This document shows positions 52,501-55,869 of a DNA stretch of 55,869 nt, piece after piece. Origin of the DNA: Paraspadella gotoi. Taxonomy: Eukaryota; Animalia; Chaetognatha. The DNA lies in contig CM119268.1 of assembly GCA_051294375.1 (NCBI GenBank), forward strand, positions 22,268,982-22,324,850, given 5' to 3'. The first letter of the stretch is position 1; each line of letters starts with the position of its first letter. The notes below the pieces were generated by a model. The model saw only the letters and a list, made by a program, of their open reading frames with translations, searched no databases and had not been told where the DNA came from. A program made the translations under genes and the position numbers.

Positions 52501-53338
52501 GTCCGTCAGCGCAAAATTCAATGTCCGTAAACGGTTTCTGTCCGTCTAGGTCATGGTCCGTCGGTTCCGGTTCGTTCCTGGTTCCGTGGTTCGGTCCAGG
52601 TCCGTCGGTCCGTCAAAACGTTCTTTCCGTCCCGTCCTTGTCCGATCCGGTTTTCGTCCGCAAGAGAATGGCGGAGAGGGAGAAAGTTGAATAATATTTT
52701 TTGGTATTCGACGCGAACCCAAGTGATAAGTCTATTAATACTCTGGTGACAAATATAAAAAAACTGGTGTTAACCAAAAAAATTCAATCAGGGCGATAAT
52801 TTAAAGTGAGAAACTCTTCTAGAAAGGGAGAAGTAAAAGGGACCGAGCAATACAGATGCGCGTCAATGGTGAACAGCTAAGGAAAAGGGAAGGTAAAAAT
52901 TTTTGGTGATAGTATAAAATGAGAGAGAGACGAGAGACGTGTCCCAATGCGGTTATCTGTCGAGTATGACTAGATTTACTATATTGGCGACCCGGAACTT
53001 TGTGAGGAATTAAATGTTATTTTCTGAGGAGATATAACAAATGCCAAAGATAAGTTACTTACCATTTTATGATACTCTATTTATGACGAATTGCGATGAA
53101 GAAGGATTTTTTATGAAATATATTTCTGATTGCAGGATACATTCAATTTAAATGACTTCCGAAATTCGATTTCTCACTTATTTTTTGAAGAATTATGTGA
53201 GAAGAAAGGATTACCTTTGTGTACTCATAGATCCATCTTTACTCAATTCCATCTGAGAGAATACTTCTGTATAATCTCGCAGTATAAAATTATCTGCCTT
53301 CCTATGTCTTAACCATAATCGTGCTCTCATTACCTCCC
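47420..53338 (-). repeat. Right arm of ~6-kb inverted duplication
   Basis: Reverse complement of 40109-46514; ends at the 25-N gap 53339-53363. Confidence 0.95.
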
Positions 53339-53430
53339 NNNNNNNNNNNNNNNNNNNNNNNNNTCTCTCTCTCTCTCTCTCTCCCTCTCTTTCTCTCTCT
53401 CTCCCTCTCACACACACACACAAAACTCAC

Positions 53431-53503
53431 CGGGCGCGTTCTTTGGTTGATTCTGCAGCGCCTGAAGAATTCCGTTAAAATATCCTGAGCCTGAAAGACT
53501 CAT
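53431..53503 (-). CDS. Probable coding exon of a second, unidentified gene (MSLSGSGYFNGILQALQNQPKNAP)
   Basis: Complex-sequence island between microsatellites, with AAAATG start context, 24 open codons and a consensus donor CG|GTGAGT. No downstream exon identified. Confidence 0.45.
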
Positions 53504-54199
53504 TTTGCCGGAGGAAGAGAAAGAGGACGAAGACGACGACGACGACAAAAAACAACAAAAACAAAATTTCGACGACGAAAACAAAACCAAAAAGAAAACA
53601 AGAAAAGATAGAAATGTTTGAGTGGGCGTTTAGATTTTGTTTTGTTTTAAATTTGTTTTGTTTTTATTAAATTTTTTTTGTTTTGTTTGGTTTGTTTATT
53701 TGGTTTTCGTTTGTTTAGTTTTTGTCATTTGCTTTTGTTTTGTTTTGAATTTTGTTTTCTATTTGTTTTGCGTAGAGATTTCAAACGCGTCGATTCTGTT
53801 TTGTTTAAACTTGAGGAGGGAGGAAGATTAAGGGGGGAGGGAGAAAAAAAGGGGGAGATTAAGAGAAAAGGAGAAAAAGAGATTATGATAAGGGAGGGAG
53901 ATTAAGGGGGAAGGAAGAAAGAAAGGTGGAGATTAAGAGAATAAGAGAAAGTGGAGAAAAGGAGAGGGAGGAAGATTAGGAAGGAAGATTAGGGGTAATA
54001 AAGTAAGGGAAGATTAAGAGAAAAGGAGAAAGGGAGATTAGAATAAGAATATTTTAAAAAGAAGCAGATTTGAGAAAGAGAGGAAGATTAGGTGGAAGGT
54101 AGGATTATTTGGGGAAAAATTATTTTTGAGTAATTTGAGGAGAAAAAAAGGAAAGTTTTTTGTAACAGAAAAAATAGAGAGATGACTTGGATCTTTGTG

Positions 54200-54292
54200 C
54201 TCGGATCCTCGGGTCTTTAGAACCTTGGAACCCGGATCCTCGGGTCTTTAGAACCTTTGAACTCGGATCCTCGGGTCTTTAGAACCTTGGAA
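54200..54292. repeat. 31-bp tandem repeat CTCGGATCCTCGGGTCTTTAGAACCTTGGAA x3
   Basis: Units at 54200, 54231 and 54262. Confidence 0.9.
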
Positions 54293-54810
54293 CTTTTCTT
54301 CTTCGAACCTCGTCTATTCATCTTAAAACCTTTACTGCACATGTAGTAATTTCTGGTTTTGGTTTTTTGAAGTGAATCGTTTGAGATTTTGTCTTTAATC
54401 ATTTATATGTATATTTATATAAATCGATTTATCTCGCAAGTTTTTAGTCTAGACTTGTTTAATTTGTTCTTGTTTCTTGGATTTGTTTTACTTTCGTTTC
54501 GTTTTGTTTCTGGTTCGATCTTTCTCTTCAAAATTTGTTTTTTTATTTAATTTTATTTATTTATTTAGTTTTTTTTTATTCCGTTTGTCTTTTGTTTACC
54601 CTTTTTTGCTTCGCCTCTCGACCGTCGAGAGACTCTCTTCTTTTTGTTGGCTTTTTTCTTGTTTTTGTTGTCGTTGTTGTTAATTGTTATTGTTGTTGTT
54701 GTTGATTTTGAATCGTCGTTGTTCTCTCCACCTTGTTGTTCTTGTTTTTTGTTGTTGTTCTTGTATTATTGGGAAGCGGAGGCCGGACGTTAACTGGGCC
54801 CCCGCCAATT

Positions 54811-54871
<61 letters not shown>

Positions 54872-55027
54872 GTTGTCCTTAGTTGTTTTTTCTGTTGTCG
54901 TTTTTTTTTATCCGTTTTAAGAGAAGGAAAAATCGTTGTCGTCGTCGTCGTCGTTGGCGCCAATTGACGTAACGATTTCCGAGAAAAGAGAGAAACGATT
55001 AGGAAAAGAAAACCAAGCGTTTATAGT

Positions 55028-55069
<42 letters not shown>

Positions 55070-55869
55070 TAATGAATTGTAATCAGTCGAGTCCCGACTC
55101 CTTTTTTTCTGCTTTTTTTGCTTTTTATTTGTTTTGTTTTTCTTTGTTTTCTGATTTCTTGTTCTTGTTGTCTTTATGATTTTCTAATTTTTTCCGTTTT
55201 GTTTTATTTATGTTTTTTTTTTCTCTCGCTTTTTTTAGTTTTCTGACTTTTTTGTCTTGTTTTCTTTATGTTTGTCATTCGCTTTCTGGTTTCCTAGTCC
55301 ATTGAGAACGTCGATGAAGGATGAAGGAAATGACAAAAAACTCGACTATTTACTTTTTGTCGATTGGAAAATTAGATGAATGATTTTGTTTGATCCTTTG
55401 TATGTATGTTTTTTTTTGGCCTATTTTCGTCTCATCAAATGACTTTTAACCCTTCGAAAATCGAATTTAGTCATTTTTTTTAATTTAATATTGTTAAAAT
55501 TCAGTTGCAGCGATTATGACGAAAATAGTTTGAAAATTTTGGAGGTTAAGACATTTTTTTTTCTCAGTATATTTTTGGTTAAATATTAACATTTTAGTTT
55601 ATCCAGTGAGTTGATCTTTCGTTTTGGCGAAATCACGAATCTAATTAATTCACAAAAAAAATTAATTTGAGATAAATGAAGAAATTTATTGATAGAAGGC
55701 ATCATTTATTGATGACTTTTTTTACGTCGCGGAAGAAGATAAATATCTGTAATAAAAAATCGGTTATTTTAATTGGTTGATTGATTGTTTAAAAAAACCT
55801 CGTAAAAATTCTAAATTTAGCTTTTATGATTGACTAAAATCCACCAACCGTTCATCAGCGGCCATTGGT

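Larger units (their letters stand above)
23840..55075. repeat. Dense field of (AG)n, (GAC)n, (GAT)n, (AAC)n, (GACA/GACC)n microsatellites and polypurine/polypyrimidine tracts
   Basis: Examples: 24787-24838, 29109-29143, 34070-34250, 36400-37460, 38750-38960, 55029-55070. Confidence 0.95.

Overview
Eukaryotic (most likely invertebrate animal) genomic DNA: AT-rich, saturated with microsatellites, spliceosomal GT-AG introns, and many N gaps, seven of them exactly 25 N. The only gene I can reconstruct with confidence lies on the minus strand in 1-20.6 kb. Nine phase-compatible exons encode signal peptide - VWA (complete MIDAS) - EGF - atypical EGF - latrophilin-like GAIN domain - start of the GPS motif. 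This is the ectodomain of an adhesion GPCR with an integrin-I-like VWA tip; the rest of the GPS and any 7TM exons are cut off by the gap at 1416-1425. The gene region is present as three overlapping copies plus fragments, with indel noise typical of raw long reads but also with large presence/absence differences, including a ~260-bp highly structured GC-rich insertion seen in only one copy. The remaining 35 kb is mostly simple repeats and minisatellites, plus a dispersed ~230-bp element, a pre-miRNA-like hairpin at 20709-20790, two ETS-type promoter motifs, a probable first coding exon at 53431-53503 and a ~6-kb inverted duplication (40.1-53.3 kb) that is probably a gap-filling artefact. Almost all ORFs in the supplied track beyond 20 kb are microsatellite translations.
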